A program made the translations under genes and the position numbers. 64,000 bases of DNA, taken from the NCBI GenBank assembly GCA_031422315.1, contig JANOQN010000072.1, positions 9,048 to 73,047 of the forward strand, given 5' to 3'. The notes under the pieces were generated by a model. It was not told where the DNA came from and did no database searches. It saw only the letters and a list, made by a program, of their open reading frames with translations. Positions 45,430 to 56,330 of this stretch are shown piece by piece. Origin of the DNA: Rhodanobacteraceae bacterium. GTDB lineage: Bacteria; Pseudomonadota; Gammaproteobacteria; Xanthomonadales; SZUA-5. Within the stretch, counting starts at the first letter, position 1; each line of letters begins with the position of its first letter.

Positions 45430-48060
45430 ATGTCACATAAACACGCGGCGCTGCGAACAAGTGCGCTCTTAAGTCTATTTTGCGGCTCCGTTTGGGCGCA
45501 ATCGAATGAAATCCACGCGCAGCTGATCAATAGCGAACAATCGGTATTGGCGTACGCGAGCACACAATTGCTTGAGCGCTCAGAATCAGCGCAGAAGGAT
45601 TTTGACTACACCCGCGAATTACTAAAAGCAACCGCGCGAAACCCGGCGTTTTCTAGTCAAATTCATCAGAAAGCCGCCATTTTAGACGGTTGGACAGAAT
45701 ATCTTGCTTCTGACTCTACGGCTCTCGCACGCAAACCTGCACCTATATTGCCATTGGATTACCGTAGCGCTGAAGCGGGCGCAAGCTGTGAACAAGCCAT
45801 CACCATGGCATCTGGAACCGGCGTTCGCCTTGAGATGGCAGGCAGCGAGTCCATCTGGATGCGCATCACGCTCGCCCAGGCACACGGCATCAATATCAGC
45901 ACGCGTGGCTCAACTGTGGATGCCAAAGTGTCCGTTTTCGCCGATTGCCGCGTTACTACGAAAGAACCCTACGTTACTGCCGACGATAACTTTGGCCTAC
46001 AAGCCGATGCCGCAGTGCCTGCAGGAAAGCAGTTGTTTTGGTTGGCGAAAATTGAAAACGTGTCGACACAGCCAGGAAACATTGTGATTACTGCACCGAG
46101 CGCGGTGGTCATCACTGGCACAGTCAGGCAATCTGCCGACCAAACAGCTATTCCAAATGTCGTCATTGGGGTTTTTAGAGTCGATGTTTCTGGGTTTGTG
46201 AATTTTGAACGCAGCGCGACTACGACTGCAACTGGCGCCTACACGATTTCAACAAACTCAAGTGGAACTTTTGCGCTGAGAACAGGCAGTTTTAACTCCG
46301 AGAGGCTTGGCGCTTATATACCTGAAGCTTATGACGATCGGCCATGTGCTAGTAACGATATTTTTAATCTAAGTTCTTGCGGCACGACTGGAAACAACTT
46401 TACCCCAGTGACGCTAGCAGACCCAAGCTCGCAGATGATTAACTTTCAGTTAGAGCGTTCACCTGTTTTAATTGGTTCTGTTACCAGCAGCCTAAATGGC
46501 GCAACTATTGCCAGTGCGCGCGTATTAATTTTTGACCAAAACCGCAATTTTGTAACTGATAGCTTTACCGACGAACTCGGTCGGTACAGAATTTTTGCGC
46601 CAGTCTCACCTTTTTATGTAGGCGTTGATAGCGATAACTTTGAAGCAAAATTGTTTGATAACGTAACGTGCCCAAATCTAAACTGTGTGTTCTCTGCAGC
46701 CACACTTCTAAATTTGTCGCAAAGCCAAACCCAAAGAGCTGACTTCCAACTTAAACCTGAACGCTCGATTTTAGTCAACTACACAGTTAATGGTGTTGAG
46801 CCGAACGATAGCTTTTCTGGCAATGTAGCGTTGCTTAATTCTAACGGCGCACAATTAATCTTTAACTTTTTTCAATCAAGCTCAGCTCGCATCGGTCCGC
46901 TCTCCCCAGGAACCTACTTTCTCAGAACAACATCAAATTCAACGGTGCCTAATTTATACAACGGCATTAATTGTGGAAGCGACTGCATAACCGAATTGAG
47001 CTCTGCCACACCCATTGTGATTGGCGCCAATACAAGCTCAGTTTCAATTACCGCGAACTTAAAGTCGCTTCCAAGAATCGAAGGGCGCGTTTCTGACAGC
47101 ACGAATGGAGAACCAATCCCAAACGCGAGTCTTCGGCTGCTCTCAATAACAGGCGGTAATAGTTTCACTGTAAATTCTGCAGTAGATGGGAGGTACTCGA
47201 TCCAGAGTATTCGTCCGGGAAATTATTTGTTGCAAGCAGTATCCAACACACACACAGACGAGCTCCACGACAACATCTCATGTGAAAGCGAGAATCCCAT
47301 TCTGGAATGTCCTGGCGCAACGATTATCAGCGTAAGTAATAGCTCTGAGACTAGGTTTATAAACTTTAACCTTCAACCAACTGGACGAATTCGAGGGAAA
47401 ATACCGCCATCAAGCGGCGGCAATTTATTTTTATTTGATAGCCCAGGCAATCGGCTTAAAAGAATTTTTGTTAACAGCAGTTTTGATGGGTCTTATCTGG
47501 CGCGCGATATTCCAGTCGGCCCAATTGTTGCAGGTATCGCTTTGAATGGCTATGAGCCGCAGCTTTTTAATCAGGTGAACTGCAATGCCAACCCTAATAA
47601 TGTTGATTTTAGCACCTGCAATTTTTCTGCTGCCACCGTACTTTCAATAGCAGCGGCCAGTGAAACTACAGGCGTCGACTTCAGCCCACGTAGATTTGGC
47701 GCGCGACTAGTGCGTATCGTCTCTGCACAGTCTGGCCAGCCGATCGCCGGAGCGATTGTGGATACCTGGAACGCAAGCGGCCAGCGTTTGGAATCGAAAG
47801 TCACTGATGCCACTGGATCTGCTTGGGTTTTCCCCAACACCTTTGACAATTTAGGATTCTATGCGTCGACTGATAATTCAGCGGGCCACATAGAACAGGT
47901 CTTTCAAAACCGCGATTGTGCAGCGGGCTCAGCGTTTAATGGCCTTTGCAGCTTATCGATCGGCAGCTTGATTCCATTCACAGGGCAAGCCAATCCAACG
48001 CCAATCGTGTTTCGACTCAAGCCTGTCGGCACGCAATTTGTTGATGGCTTCGAAGACTAA
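45430..48060 (+). CDS. Large secreted protein with repeated carboxypeptidase-regulatory-like domains and C-terminal FxDGFE motif
   Basis: Repeated I.G.V...G.PI..A...TD..G.Y modules with Cys pairs; ends QFVDGFED. Confidence 0.8.
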   Translation: MSHKHAALRTSALLSLFCGSVWAQSNEIHAQLINSEQSVLAYASTQLLERSESAQKDFDYTRELLKATARNPAFSSQIHQKAAILDGWTEYLASDSTALARKPAPILPLDYRSAEAGASCEQAITMASGTGVRLEMAGSESIWMRITLAQAHGINISTRGSTVDAKVSVFADCRVTTKEPYVTADDNFGLQADAAVPAGKQLFWLAKIENVSTQPGNIVITAPSAVVITGTVRQSADQTAIPNVVIGVFRVDVSGFVNFERSATTTATGAYTISTNSSGTFALRTGSFNSERLGAYIPEAYDDRPCASNDIFNLSSCGTTGNNFTPVTLADPSSQMINFQLERSPVLIGSVTSSLNGATIASARVLIFDQNRNFVTDSFTDELGRYRIFAPVSPFYVGVDSDNFEAKLFDNVTCPNLNCVFSAATLLNLSQSQTQRADFQLKPERSILVNYTVNGVEPNDSFSGNVALLNSNGAQLIFNFFQSSSARIGPLSPGTYFLRTTSNSTVPNLYNGINCGSDCITELSSATPIVIGANTSSVSITANLKSLPRIEGRVSDSTNGEPIPNASLRLLSITGGNSFTVNSAVDGRYSIQSIRPGNYLLQAVSNTHTDELHDNISCESENPILECPGATIISVSNSSETRFINFNLQPTGRIRGKIPPSSGGNLFLFDSPGNRLKRIFVNSSFDGSYLARDIPVGPIVAGIALNGYEPQLFNQVNCNANPNNVDFSTCNFSAATVLSIAAASETTGVDFSPRRFGARLVRIVSAQSGQPIAGAIVDTWNASGQRLESKVTDATGSAWVFPNTFDNLGFYASTDNSAGHIEQVFQNRDCAAGSAFNGLCSLSIGSLIPFTGQANPTPIVFRLKPVGTQFVDGFED

Positions 48061-48072
48061 TTATTTCGCCTT

Positions 48073-48110
48073 CACCCCTTTTTGGTGTTTCACAATGCCA
48101 AAAAGGGGTG
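48073..48110 (+). terminator. Hairpin, probable terminator
   Basis: CACCCCTTTTTGG...CCAAAAAGGGGTG just after the stop codon. Confidence 0.6.
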
Positions 48111-48223
48111 CCTACCACGATTCGACCTCCACTCACCGCGCGAACCACTCTCTTCGCGGTTTTTTTGAAAGCACGTGTGTAAATCTGAAATACTAAGCGG
48201 CTGATACGTCAAGGTGAATCGTT

Positions 48224-49333
48224 ATGACGACACCGCAAACTGAGCCCGCGACAGTGAGCGCACTCCAAAGCAATCCTTTGCTTGGCGGCGCTCGTTTTTG
48301 GCCTTTGCAAAACATCGGCTGGCTGGGGTTTTTTTTGGTGCATTGGCTCAGCGGCGTGGCCAACGGCAAGTCCAGCACATTTATTGGCATGTCGATCGTT
48401 ATGTCGGTAACTGGCTGGTGCGTCACCCTGGTGCTGAACCGGGTTTACTCGCGCTTGTGGCAGCGCCCGTTAGCAAGCTTAGTGCCCGCGGTTTTGCCGT
48501 GGTTTTTAGCGGCGGTGGTGATTATGACGTTAGCTAACTCGCGTGCCGCGCACGATTTTTGTGAAGAATGTAAGCCGAATCATTGGTGGGGCTATTTGAC
48601 CTATTCCGGCTTTGCCAGCTACGTGTTGCTGAGCTGGTCTGGGCTTTGGTTTGGTATTAAAAACTCGCGCGCTTATCATCAAGCCCAGGCGCAAACCGTA
48701 GCCGCGCAGGCACAAACGCTGGCCGCACAGGCGCAGGCGAATTTAGCGCAGCTAAAAATGCTGCGCTATCAGCTCAATCCGCATTTTTTATTCAACACGC
48801 TGAACGCGATTTCAACGCTGACGATGGAACGCGATAGCGATACCGCCGAACGCATGCTTAGCGGGCTGGCGCGTTTTTTACGCTACACGCTAGAGCAAGA
48901 GCCGCAGCAAAAGGTAACGCTCGCTAACGAGATGGACATGCTGCGCCTGTATTTGGACATTGAAACGCTGCGGTTTTCGGATCGATTTGTGGTGCAATTT
49001 GAGATGAGCGATGCGGCAAAAAGCGCATTAATTCCAAGCCTGCTTTTGCAACCGTTGGTGGAAAACACCACCAAGCACGCGGTCGCAAAAAGCGAAGCCA
49101 TTTGCACGCTAGTCATATCCGCCCGAATAGTGGCTGATCAACTACACATCGAGCTACGTGATAACGGCGTACGCATTGAATCGCCAGCGCCCAAAGGCGC
49201 GGGCGTAGGACTACGCAACACGGCCGAGCGTTTGCAAACGCTTTATGGATCCGCGCACGAGCTGCAATTTGGCCCGGGTGAAATCGGCGGTTTCGTTGTG
49301 CGCATCCGATTGCCATTTGAGCGAGGCGAATAG
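48224..49333 (+). CDS. LytS/YehU-type sensor histidine kinase
   Basis: LRYQLNPHFLFNTLN, LQPLVEN, G.GL.N..ERL. Confidence 0.92.
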   Translation: MTTPQTEPATVSALQSNPLLGGARFWPLQNIGWLGFFLVHWLSGVANGKSSTFIGMSIVMSVTGWCVTLVLNRVYSRLWQRPLASLVPAVLPWFLAAVVIMTLANSRAAHDFCEECKPNHWWGYLTYSGFASYVLLSWSGLWFGIKNSRAYHQAQAQTVAAQAQTLAAQAQANLAQLKMLRYQLNPHFLFNTLNAISTLTMERDSDTAERMLSGLARFLRYTLEQEPQQKVTLANEMDMLRLYLDIETLRFSDRFVVQFEMSDAAKSALIPSLLLQPLVENTTKHAVAKSEAICTLVISARIVADQLHIELRDNGVRIESPAPKGAGVGLRNTAERLQTLYGSAHELQFGPGEIGGFVVRIRLPFERGE

Positions 49334-50085
49334 TGGAACGTCGAAAAATTACCGCATTGATTGTAGATGATGAGCCTTTAGCCAGGCGCGGTTTGCGGCT
49401 GCGCATGGCTAGGTTGCAGGCCGAGGCAACGCCCAATATGCAGGGTTTGCTGCTGATTGACGCCCATTCAGCTCGCGATTGCCTGGAAAAACTTGCCGAA
49501 AATCAAATTGACGTATTGTTTCTCGACATTCAAATGCCGGGGGTTGATGGCCTATCCATGATTCGCGCACTACCGCACGAAAAGCGCCCACTGGTTATCT
49601 TCACCACCGCGTTCGAGCAATTTGCGCTTGATGCATTTGGTGTGCAGGCCGTCGATTATCTACTCAAACCAGTTGATGGCGTTGCGCTCAAGCGCGCATG
49701 GCAGCGTGCGATGCAGCTGCTGGCAGCGCCACCAAGCAACCAGCTGCCACGCGCCGAGGCACCCGATTCGCTCGCGCTCAAAGATGGTAAGGACGTTAAC
49801 TTAATCAGCTTTGATAAACTACTGTGGATCGAAGCTGCGGGTGATTATGTGGTGGCACACACACCCGGCGAACGATTCATCGGTCGGGTGACACTCAATG
49901 AGCTAGAGGCCAGCCTACCTAGCCAACGCTTTGTGCGCATCCACCGTTCAACCATCGTGCAAAAGCGCTGCATCGTGCGGCTACGTCCACACGATAATGG
50001 TGAGTTTTTTCTAGAGTTAGAAAACGGCCATCGTTTGAAACTCTCACGCGGTTATCGGGATCGCGTCGCAGCGTTGATCGGATGA
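49333..50085 (+). CDS. LytTR response regulator
   Basis: IVDDE, FLDIQMP, DYLLKP, FVRIHRS. Confidence 0.93.
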   Translation: MERRKITALIVDDEPLARRGLRLRMARLQAEATPNMQGLLLIDAHSARDCLEKLAENQIDVLFLDIQMPGVDGLSMIRALPHEKRPLVIFTTAFEQFALDAFGVQAVDYLLKPVDGVALKRAWQRAMQLLAAPPSNQLPRAEAPDSLALKDGKDVNLISFDKLLWIEAAGDYVVAHTPGERFIGRVTLNELEASLPSQRFVRIHRSTIVQKRCIVRLRPHDNGEFFLELENGHRLKLSRGYRDRVAALIG

Positions 50086-50127
50086 GCGTCCAGCCGGATA
50101 ACGCTGATCGAATAGCCGCGCTGCGCA

Positions 50128-52050
50128 TCACTCACCCAAAATCAACTGCACATCAAGTCGGCGCGGTGCACTAAATATTTGCAGACTGTTGGGCGTGGCT
50201 ACCCAAGCTTGGTGATTGCCAGCGTTGAATAGTCGAACGCGCCACTGCGCCGGAATCGCACCTAACTTGAACGCATAGCGTAGTCCAAATGCGAGTGTGC
50301 TGTTCCCGCCGGTGTAGCGTGTATTTGCAGCGTTTGCGGGCCGCCTGCCGAAATAGTTCAGCGACGCATCCGCGCTCCAAGCGCCTTGGCTGGGTGCGTA
50401 GCTTAGGCTCAACAAACCGAGCTCAGCGGAGCGCCCAACCGGCTGATCGCCAATCAATCCCCGTGCGACGTTGTCGCCCGATAAGCGTGGCGACATGCGC
50501 ATGGCGCCGGCAACGATATTCCATTGCGGCGTAAGCGCGCCTGCCAGCGAGGCTTCAACGCCGCGATGACGCACCAGGCCTACGTAATCGTAACGATTAT
50601 CAGCGCCCAAGCCAGCGTCGGGTTTGCTTAGATCAAATCCTGTCACGATCGCTAATAGCGCTTCGGTTGCCTGCCATTTGAGCCCAAGCTCAAATTGTTT
50701 GGACTGCACCGGAGCCAATGCCGCAAAACGATTCGTCGCGTTGGCCGGTGCAAAACCGGCTTCTTCTAGCCCACGCGTGGTAGTGGCAAACGCCGTGAGT
50801 TGCTTAGTCAACGGCAGCACCAGCGCGGCATTATAAAGCAAGGTTTGACGACTAAGCTCAGTTGATGGCACCGCGAGCGGTGAATTGCGCAAACGCGTGC
50901 GGATAGAGCGCACTCCCAAATTAAGCGCAAGTTGATTTTGATGGCGCCACTGATAGGCAATTCCAACATCGTCTTGATCGGTGCTGCTGCTCGCAAATGA
51001 TTCGGGCGCAAACAAATCAGGGCGCGCAATTTGCGGGGCCCATTCGAAAATAGAAAAGCTTGGCGTTACAAAGACATCGCTTTTAGGGCTTCGAAAATCA
51101 CTGCGCCGTATGCGCGTACTGATACCCAGTTGCGAACGCGTGGATGTTGTTTCAAACTGACGTAGCGCGGAAAATTCATGGCCTCGACCCACAACCTTAC
51201 GGCCCTGATTCACAACCGCGCGCGCAGTCGCTTCGCCATTTTCTGCCAAGCTAAAGAGACTAAATCCATAGATTGGCGCTTCGGTTTGCGACACAATACT
51301 GGAAGCGGAAATGCTCCAGTTCTCGATGCCCTGATAGCGGCTAATGACGCCTAAATTTCGATCTTTGGAATGCGAGCGGTTCCAAGCTTGCCCTAAGTAA
51401 TTGAACCAGCGGGCACGTGGCGCATTCGGGCTCGTTTCGCTGATCGCGTAAAGCTGATCTGCATTGCGTTGCCAGTCGGCAAAATCAATCAGCGTCGTTA
51501 TTTTTAACGCTTCAATCGGCTGCCAACGTGCAACCAAGCCAAGCGAGTAGAAGCGACCTTCAACCCCATCGCTCGCGCGCTGATTAGGAAACGCAACCAA
51601 GCCCGCACTGATCGAATTGCCCGCTTCTGATTTGCGACTGAAGTAACCACGCGCAAAAGGCACAAGATTGGATTCCAGCGCATCTGCAATGCCGAGCTGC
51701 AATTCACTGCGATCTCGCGCATCGCTCAGAAGCGAGTATTGGACCACGCCCGAGGGCGATGGAAAGTCAAAACCCAGCGCGTTCGGACCAATACGCACGG
51801 TCGAACCGCCGACTACCGAGTTACTCAATAGCCGCGCACCCCGCACAAAATAGGCATCTTCAATGCGGTAGTTACCCGCTTCCTGTAAGCTAAAACCGCG
51901 CACTTGGGCTTCGGAATACAGCCCAACGCTTTCATCACCAATGCGTGTGCCGAAGGCATCGCTCGCCGCCCGCTGCACGGATTGCGCCGATATGTAAGTG
52001 CAAAAAAACGCGACTGCGATCGCAAGCAGGCCGATATTTTGAGTCTTCAT
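50128..52050 (-). CDS. TonB-dependent receptor
   Basis: Signal peptide, VRGFS plug region, beta-barrel pattern (Q.ELGLK, GVE, N..N). Confidence 0.85.
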   Translation of the reverse strand: MKTQNIGLLAIAVAFFCTYISAQSVQRAASDAFGTRIGDESVGLYSEAQVRGFSLQEAGNYRIEDAYFVRGARLLSNSVVGGSTVRIGPNALGFDFPSPSGVVQYSLLSDARDRSELQLGIADALESNLVPFARGYFSRKSEAGNSISAGLVAFPNQRASDGVEGRFYSLGLVARWQPIEALKITTLIDFADWQRNADQLYAISETSPNAPRARWFNYLGQAWNRSHSKDRNLGVISRYQGIENWSISASSIVSQTEAPIYGFSLFSLAENGEATARAVVNQGRKVVGRGHEFSALRQFETTSTRSQLGISTRIRRSDFRSPKSDVFVTPSFSIFEWAPQIARPDLFAPESFASSSTDQDDVGIAYQWRHQNQLALNLGVRSIRTRLRNSPLAVPSTELSRQTLLYNAALVLPLTKQLTAFATTTRGLEEAGFAPANATNRFAALAPVQSKQFELGLKWQATEALLAIVTGFDLSKPDAGLGADNRYDYVGLVRHRGVEASLAGALTPQWNIVAGAMRMSPRLSGDNVARGLIGDQPVGRSAELGLLSLSYAPSQGAWSADASLNYFGRRPANAANTRYTGGNSTLAFGLRYAFKLGAIPAQWRVRLFNAGNHQAWVATPNSLQIFSAPRRLDVQLILGE

Positions 52051-52234
52051 AAGCGTCTTCCGATGAGCGTGATCCGGAGCCTAACCGCAGGTTGATCGGG
52101 TCAGTGCGTGAAATCTGTCAGCTGAGTCGGGCATGCGCTGAGAGGAGGCTTAAGCTGTGCAAAAGCCGCTTTAAATCGAATCATCGAAGCATGGATGGCT
52201 TGATCCTTATCTGCACCAGCTGCATGGGTGGGAT

Positions 52235-52394
52235 CTAACGCTGCATACTTCGGCTATTTTGATAGGCAAAGCGCACATGACCATTGTCAGTGCTCAAGTT
52301 ATCTTGCTCGCGGATCACGCCGCAATACAGGTATCGACCCATATAAATCAGCGCCTTTTGTCCGCTACCGACTGACTTGCAATCGACGATCCAT
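52235..52394 (-). pseudogene. IS91-family (Y2) transposase fragment
   Basis: WIVDCKSVGSGQKALIYMGRYLYCGVI...VRFAY, then stop. Confidence 0.75.
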
Positions 52395-52628
52395 GTTCGC
52401 GGCCCCTCATCTCCGCCTTCTCCCCGCGCCAACATCGCGCTGCTTTTCGAAAACGTGGGCGTGGAGAAGGAGCCCTTCGTGGAGCTTCTGGCTTTGATGC
52501 TGCGAAGCTTGTTCATCCTACGGGCTGGGCGCACTTGCTGTGCTTACAAAACATTCCAGACCAACCACGCCTTTTGCGATATCGCGCTATCATCCATTTT
52601 TCGGCCACTCGCCGATTGAATTTAATGA

Positions 52629-53537
52629 TTAGGCAGCACGGATGCATCTGTCGCACTCAAAACTACTTTTAATCGCTGTACCGGCTGTTGCCGCTAGCAT
52701 GGCTATCCTTGCGTTCGGTGAGGTAGCCAGGAGCACTTGGATTATTCAAGTGGTTGCGACTTGCTTGGCGTGTGCGCTTGCGTTGGTGGGTGCGCTGCTG
52801 AGTCGCCGTAACAGCGCCCGTTCCCCAGCCGCCCTGATCATCGTTTTCACACTGTTCGGGATCGCGGTTACCTTGCTTGCGGACTCGCCAGGGCCCGAGC
52901 GCTGGGCATCGCTTGGGCCGATAAACCTCTACGTGGCGCCGGCTCTGTTGCCATCATTTCTTGTTGCGTGTTCAGTATGGCTTACCCGGGGTGGGCGATC
53001 ACAGCACTTCGCGCTCACTGCAATGGTGGGTGCAAGCGTATTGCTGGCGGCTCAGCCAGATGCATCTCAGGCCCTGGCTTTGCTGGCCGCCTCAGCGCTA
53101 GCCGTAGTCAAATCTCCATCAAGATCTTCAGTGTCTATCGTTGCCTTGGCCTTTGTTGCCCTCGCAACAGTTTGGGCTTTCTTGCAGCCAGATCCGTTGC
53201 AGCCCGTTGCGCACGTTGAGGGCGTCTTCGCTTTGGCGCTGGGTCATTCGCTGTTTGCAGGCGCCGCGGTTATCGCCAGCGCTGCCGCTCTGGTGGTAGG
53301 GCTGCATTTGAACGCGTCAAGCGGGCGAAATTGGCTGTCGGTGGTAGCTGTTTACTATGCGGTGCTTTTCGCGTGCTCAGTTGCGGGGCTGACACCAGCG
53401 CCGCTGATTGGTTACGGCGCGGGCCCCTTGCTCGGCTTTGGGCTTATGGTTGCGGCGGCAAGTTGGCTCGACGCGAAAGTGCTACCTAACAGTTCGTCGA
53501 AACCAACGCCGCTTGGCGACGAGGCTTAGCTTAGATG
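52629..53537 (+). mobile_element. Orphan integron gene cassette
   Basis: Starts TTAGGCAGCAC 13 bp before the ATG and ends in an attC; this 5' end is complementary (10/11) to GTGCTACCTAA at the attC left end. Confidence 0.8.
52642..53529 (+). CDS. Multi-pass membrane protein (distantly FtsW/RodA-like), cassette-borne
   Basis: Many TM helices; RW..LGP, AQPD, PLIGYG motifs; stop falls inside the attC. Confidence 0.75.
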   Translation: MHLSHSKLLLIAVPAVAASMAILAFGEVARSTWIIQVVATCLACALALVGALLSRRNSARSPAALIIVFTLFGIAVTLLADSPGPERWASLGPINLYVAPALLPSFLVACSVWLTRGGRSQHFALTAMVGASVLLAAQPDASQALALLAASALAVVKSPSRSSVSIVALAFVALATVWAFLQPDPLQPVAHVEGVFALALGHSLFAGAAVIASAAALVVGLHLNASSGRNWLSVVAVYYAVLFACSVAGLTPAPLIGYGAGPLLGFGLMVAAASWLDAKVLPNSSSKPTPLGDEA

Positions 53538-53543
53538 TTAGGG
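53484..53543 (+). other. attC site (60 bp, partly degenerate)
   Basis: ACCTAAC AGTTCGTCGAAACCAACGCCGCTTGGCGACGAGGCTTAGCTTAGAT GTTAGGG. Confidence 0.8.
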
Positions 53544-53877
53544 CCCAAACCAATCATCCGAGGCGATCTAATACAACGTGCGCGGTGGGGAGCCATTTTC
53601 TCAATCATTTATCAAGAACTCGTTGGGCAAAACCGCACACTAGTCATCTATGGGTTCTAGCGAATTATGCTAGGACGCGCGCAGCCGCTCCCTATCTTGG
53701 GTTGAACGAGCCCGGCAGGGTTGCATGAGCTTGGTTTTTCGAGGTCTTTAACAGTTGGGAGAAGCATTTTGCGCATGTGTTTGTCGACGCAGCGGGCGCT
53801 CCTCTATCTGCGTAGAAATGCCTTGCGGGTCGTTACGCTAAGCAAAGCTCGTCTGCCAAAACCCAAGCTTTATCGAA

Positions 53878-56064
53878 CTACGTCTGCCCCACCCGATGCG
53901 CTTTTTGCACGACATCCACGCCGCGCATGCGCCGCAGCAAATCTTCCAGCTGATTGACGTGCTGCACTTGCACGGTGAATACGATGACCGCGCTGTCGCC
54001 ATCGCTAGTGGTTTTTTGAAAATCAATAATATTGACGCGCGCATCGGCAAATGCAGTAGTCACCCTCGCTAGCACGCCGGGTTGATCGCTGACTTCGATG
54101 CGCACCGGCACTAGGAACTCACCGAGCACCGCTTCGTCCCATTTGAGTTGCAGCATGCGCTCGGGGATTCGGCTGAGCTCCGCTACGTTGTGGCATTCGG
54201 CGCGGTGCACCATCAGGCCGCGGCCGGGGCTTAAATAGCCGATAATCAAATCGCCAGGGATCGGATGGCAGCAGTTGGCAAAGGTTATCGCGCCGCGTTC
54301 GGCGCCGCTGATACGGATTACATCTTGGCGCGATTGCAATGCGGCGGCTACCACGCCAATGGCTAGTTGACGCGATACCACTTCCGGGGTTCGGTTGCCT
54401 AAGCCGACATCGTGCAGCAATTCTTCTAAGCCTTTGAACTTCAAATCGGCCAATGTTTGGTGTAGCTGCGCTTCGGGTATGGCGTCTAGCGTGGTGCCTA
54501 GGCTGCCGAGGGCGCGATCCAGCATCCGGTGCCCGAGGCTAATAATTTCGTTGTGCGTCAATGATTTAAGATGCGCGCGAATCGCGGTTCGGGCTTTCGC
54601 CGTTACTACTAATTCCAACCACTGTGCTTTCGGCGCGGCGGAGTTTGCCGTCACGATTTGAATCGTCTGCCCGGATTGCACCCGCGTATGCAGTGGCACG
54701 GTACGGCCGTCAATGCGTGCGGTAACGGCATGATCGCCAACCCAGCTGTGCACGGCGTAAGCAAAATCAATCACGCAAGCGGTTGCCGGTAGCGTGATCA
54801 CTAAGTTTTGCGGAGTGAACACATAGGCTTCGTCGAAAACCAAATCCGATTTCACTGCTTCTAAAAACTCAAACGAGCTGCCGACTGCGCTTTGTGCTTT
54901 GACCAATTCGCGCATCCATTCGCTGGTTTTTGCACTCGCGGCATCGGCGCTACTGGAGCCGGCTTTGTACAGCCAATGCGCCGCCATGCCGCGTTCGGCC
55001 ACTGAATTCATTTCTTCGGTGCGAATTTGCATTTCAATTGGCAAGCCCGCTGGTCCTTGCACGCCAGTGTGCAGGCTTTGATAGCCATTGGCTTTCGGTA
55101 CTGCGATAAAGTCCTTGAAGCGGCCATCTTTGGGCGGATAAAGCCCGTGAATAATGCCGAGCACCGCGTAGCAGTGCAGCGGCCGTGGCGTAACCACACG
55201 AAAGCCGTAGACATCCGTGACGCGATCAAAGGTTTTTTGCTTGATGCCGCTTTGGTTCATCGAATTTTTTAGCTGGCGATCCGCTTTGAGCTTGCGAATT
55301 TTGGCGTAAATGCTGTATGCGGTTTTGACCCGGCTGACGATGCGCGCACCGATTTGCTCATCACGCAGTTTTTGGCTCAGCTTGGCGGATATTTCACTCA
55401 ACACTTCCGTGCGCCGGCCCAGTTTATTTTTTGCCCAGGCTTCAATGACGCGATGCCGGATCGGATACAGCGTCTTGAAGCCTAGCTCCTGCAACTCCGA
55501 CTTAATTGCGTTCATGCCCAAGCGCTGCGCGATTGGGGCGTATACGTCCAGAGTTTCTCTCGCGATGCGGCGCGCGCTGGCCGAACTTTGTGCGCCGAGC
55601 GTGCGCATATTGTGCAGCCGATCTGCCAGCTTGATTAGAATCACGCGCGGGTCGCGCGCCATTGAGAAAAACATCTTGCGCAAACTTTCCGCAGCTTGAT
55701 GTTCTTTGCTTTCAAAATGCACTTTATCAAGCTTGGTTACGCCATCCACCAACTCGGCTACGCGCGAACCGAATTCACGCTCAATATCGGCTTTTTTGAC
55801 GTCGGTGTCTTCAATCGCATCGTGCAAAATCGCCGCGACTAGCGTTTCGGTGTCAAGCCGCAGCTCAGCCAGTATTTTCGCGACCGCCACCGGATGCGTG
55901 ATGTAAGGCTCACCGCTTTTGCGATTTTGCCCCCGATGCGCATGCTCGCCGAGCACAAAAGCCCGCTCCACTTCGGCCATGCCGAGTGGATCCAGATAAT
56001 TTTGCAGCTCTTGCTTTAACTCCAGCAAATAGTGCATCAACAGCTCGTTCGGGGTTTCGCTCAT
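53878..56064 (-). CDS. spoT: Bifunctional (p)ppGpp synthetase/hydrolase
   Basis: H.GQ.RKSGEPYITHP, intact HD (LHD), KLADRLHNMRT, PK.NGYQSLHT, TGS and ACT domains. Confidence 0.95.
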   Translation of the reverse strand: MSETPNELLMHYLLELKQELQNYLDPLGMAEVERAFVLGEHAHRGQNRKSGEPYITHPVAVAKILAELRLDTETLVAAILHDAIEDTDVKKADIEREFGSRVAELVDGVTKLDKVHFESKEHQAAESLRKMFFSMARDPRVILIKLADRLHNMRTLGAQSSASARRIARETLDVYAPIAQRLGMNAIKSELQELGFKTLYPIRHRVIEAWAKNKLGRRTEVLSEISAKLSQKLRDEQIGARIVSRVKTAYSIYAKIRKLKADRQLKNSMNQSGIKQKTFDRVTDVYGFRVVTPRPLHCYAVLGIIHGLYPPKDGRFKDFIAVPKANGYQSLHTGVQGPAGLPIEMQIRTEEMNSVAERGMAAHWLYKAGSSSADAASAKTSEWMRELVKAQSAVGSSFEFLEAVKSDLVFDEAYVFTPQNLVITLPATACVIDFAYAVHSWVGDHAVTARIDGRTVPLHTRVQSGQTIQIVTANSAAPKAQWLELVVTAKARTAIRAHLKSLTHNEIISLGHRMLDRALGSLGTTLDAIPEAQLHQTLADLKFKGLEELLHDVGLGNRTPEVVSRQLAIGVVAAALQSRQDVIRISGAERGAITFANCCHPIPGDLIIGYLSPGRGLMVHRAECHNVAELSRIPERMLQLKWDEAVLGEFLVPVRIEVSDQPGVLARVTTAFADARVNIIDFQKTTSDGDSAVIVFTVQVQHVNQLEDLLRRMRGVDVVQKAHRVGQT

Positions 56065-56224
56065 GCTTTTGATGGTGTTACGAGTTGTGCGTTACGTCAA
56101 TCTAACAATCGTGCAAATTACAAGATAATCGCGGCAAAGGGGTTTTCGAATTGAATTGCGTTGCAAAATCAACCGGCAAGTCGCGCTTATGACAATCTCT
56201 TCGCATATGTAAAGGTATCTTTCG

Positions 56225-56330
56225 CGCCAGAGGGGAGTAGCTACCCGCGATTTGTCGTCAATACGTGGTGACCCCACCGGCTAAATCGGCGCAATTGCAG
56301 TTTGATTGTGTAAGCAAGACCTCGACCCGC
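56225..56330 (+). ncRNA. yybP-ykoY (Mn2+) riboswitch
   Basis: GAGGGGAGTAG, CGTCAATAC, GCAAGACCTC, directly upstream of a TerC/Alx gene. Confidence 0.88.

Noticed and set aside
52395-52628. Integron integrase (intI) remnant
   Set aside because: Hand translation of the three minus-strand frames over most of this stretch gave no IntI-like motifs.
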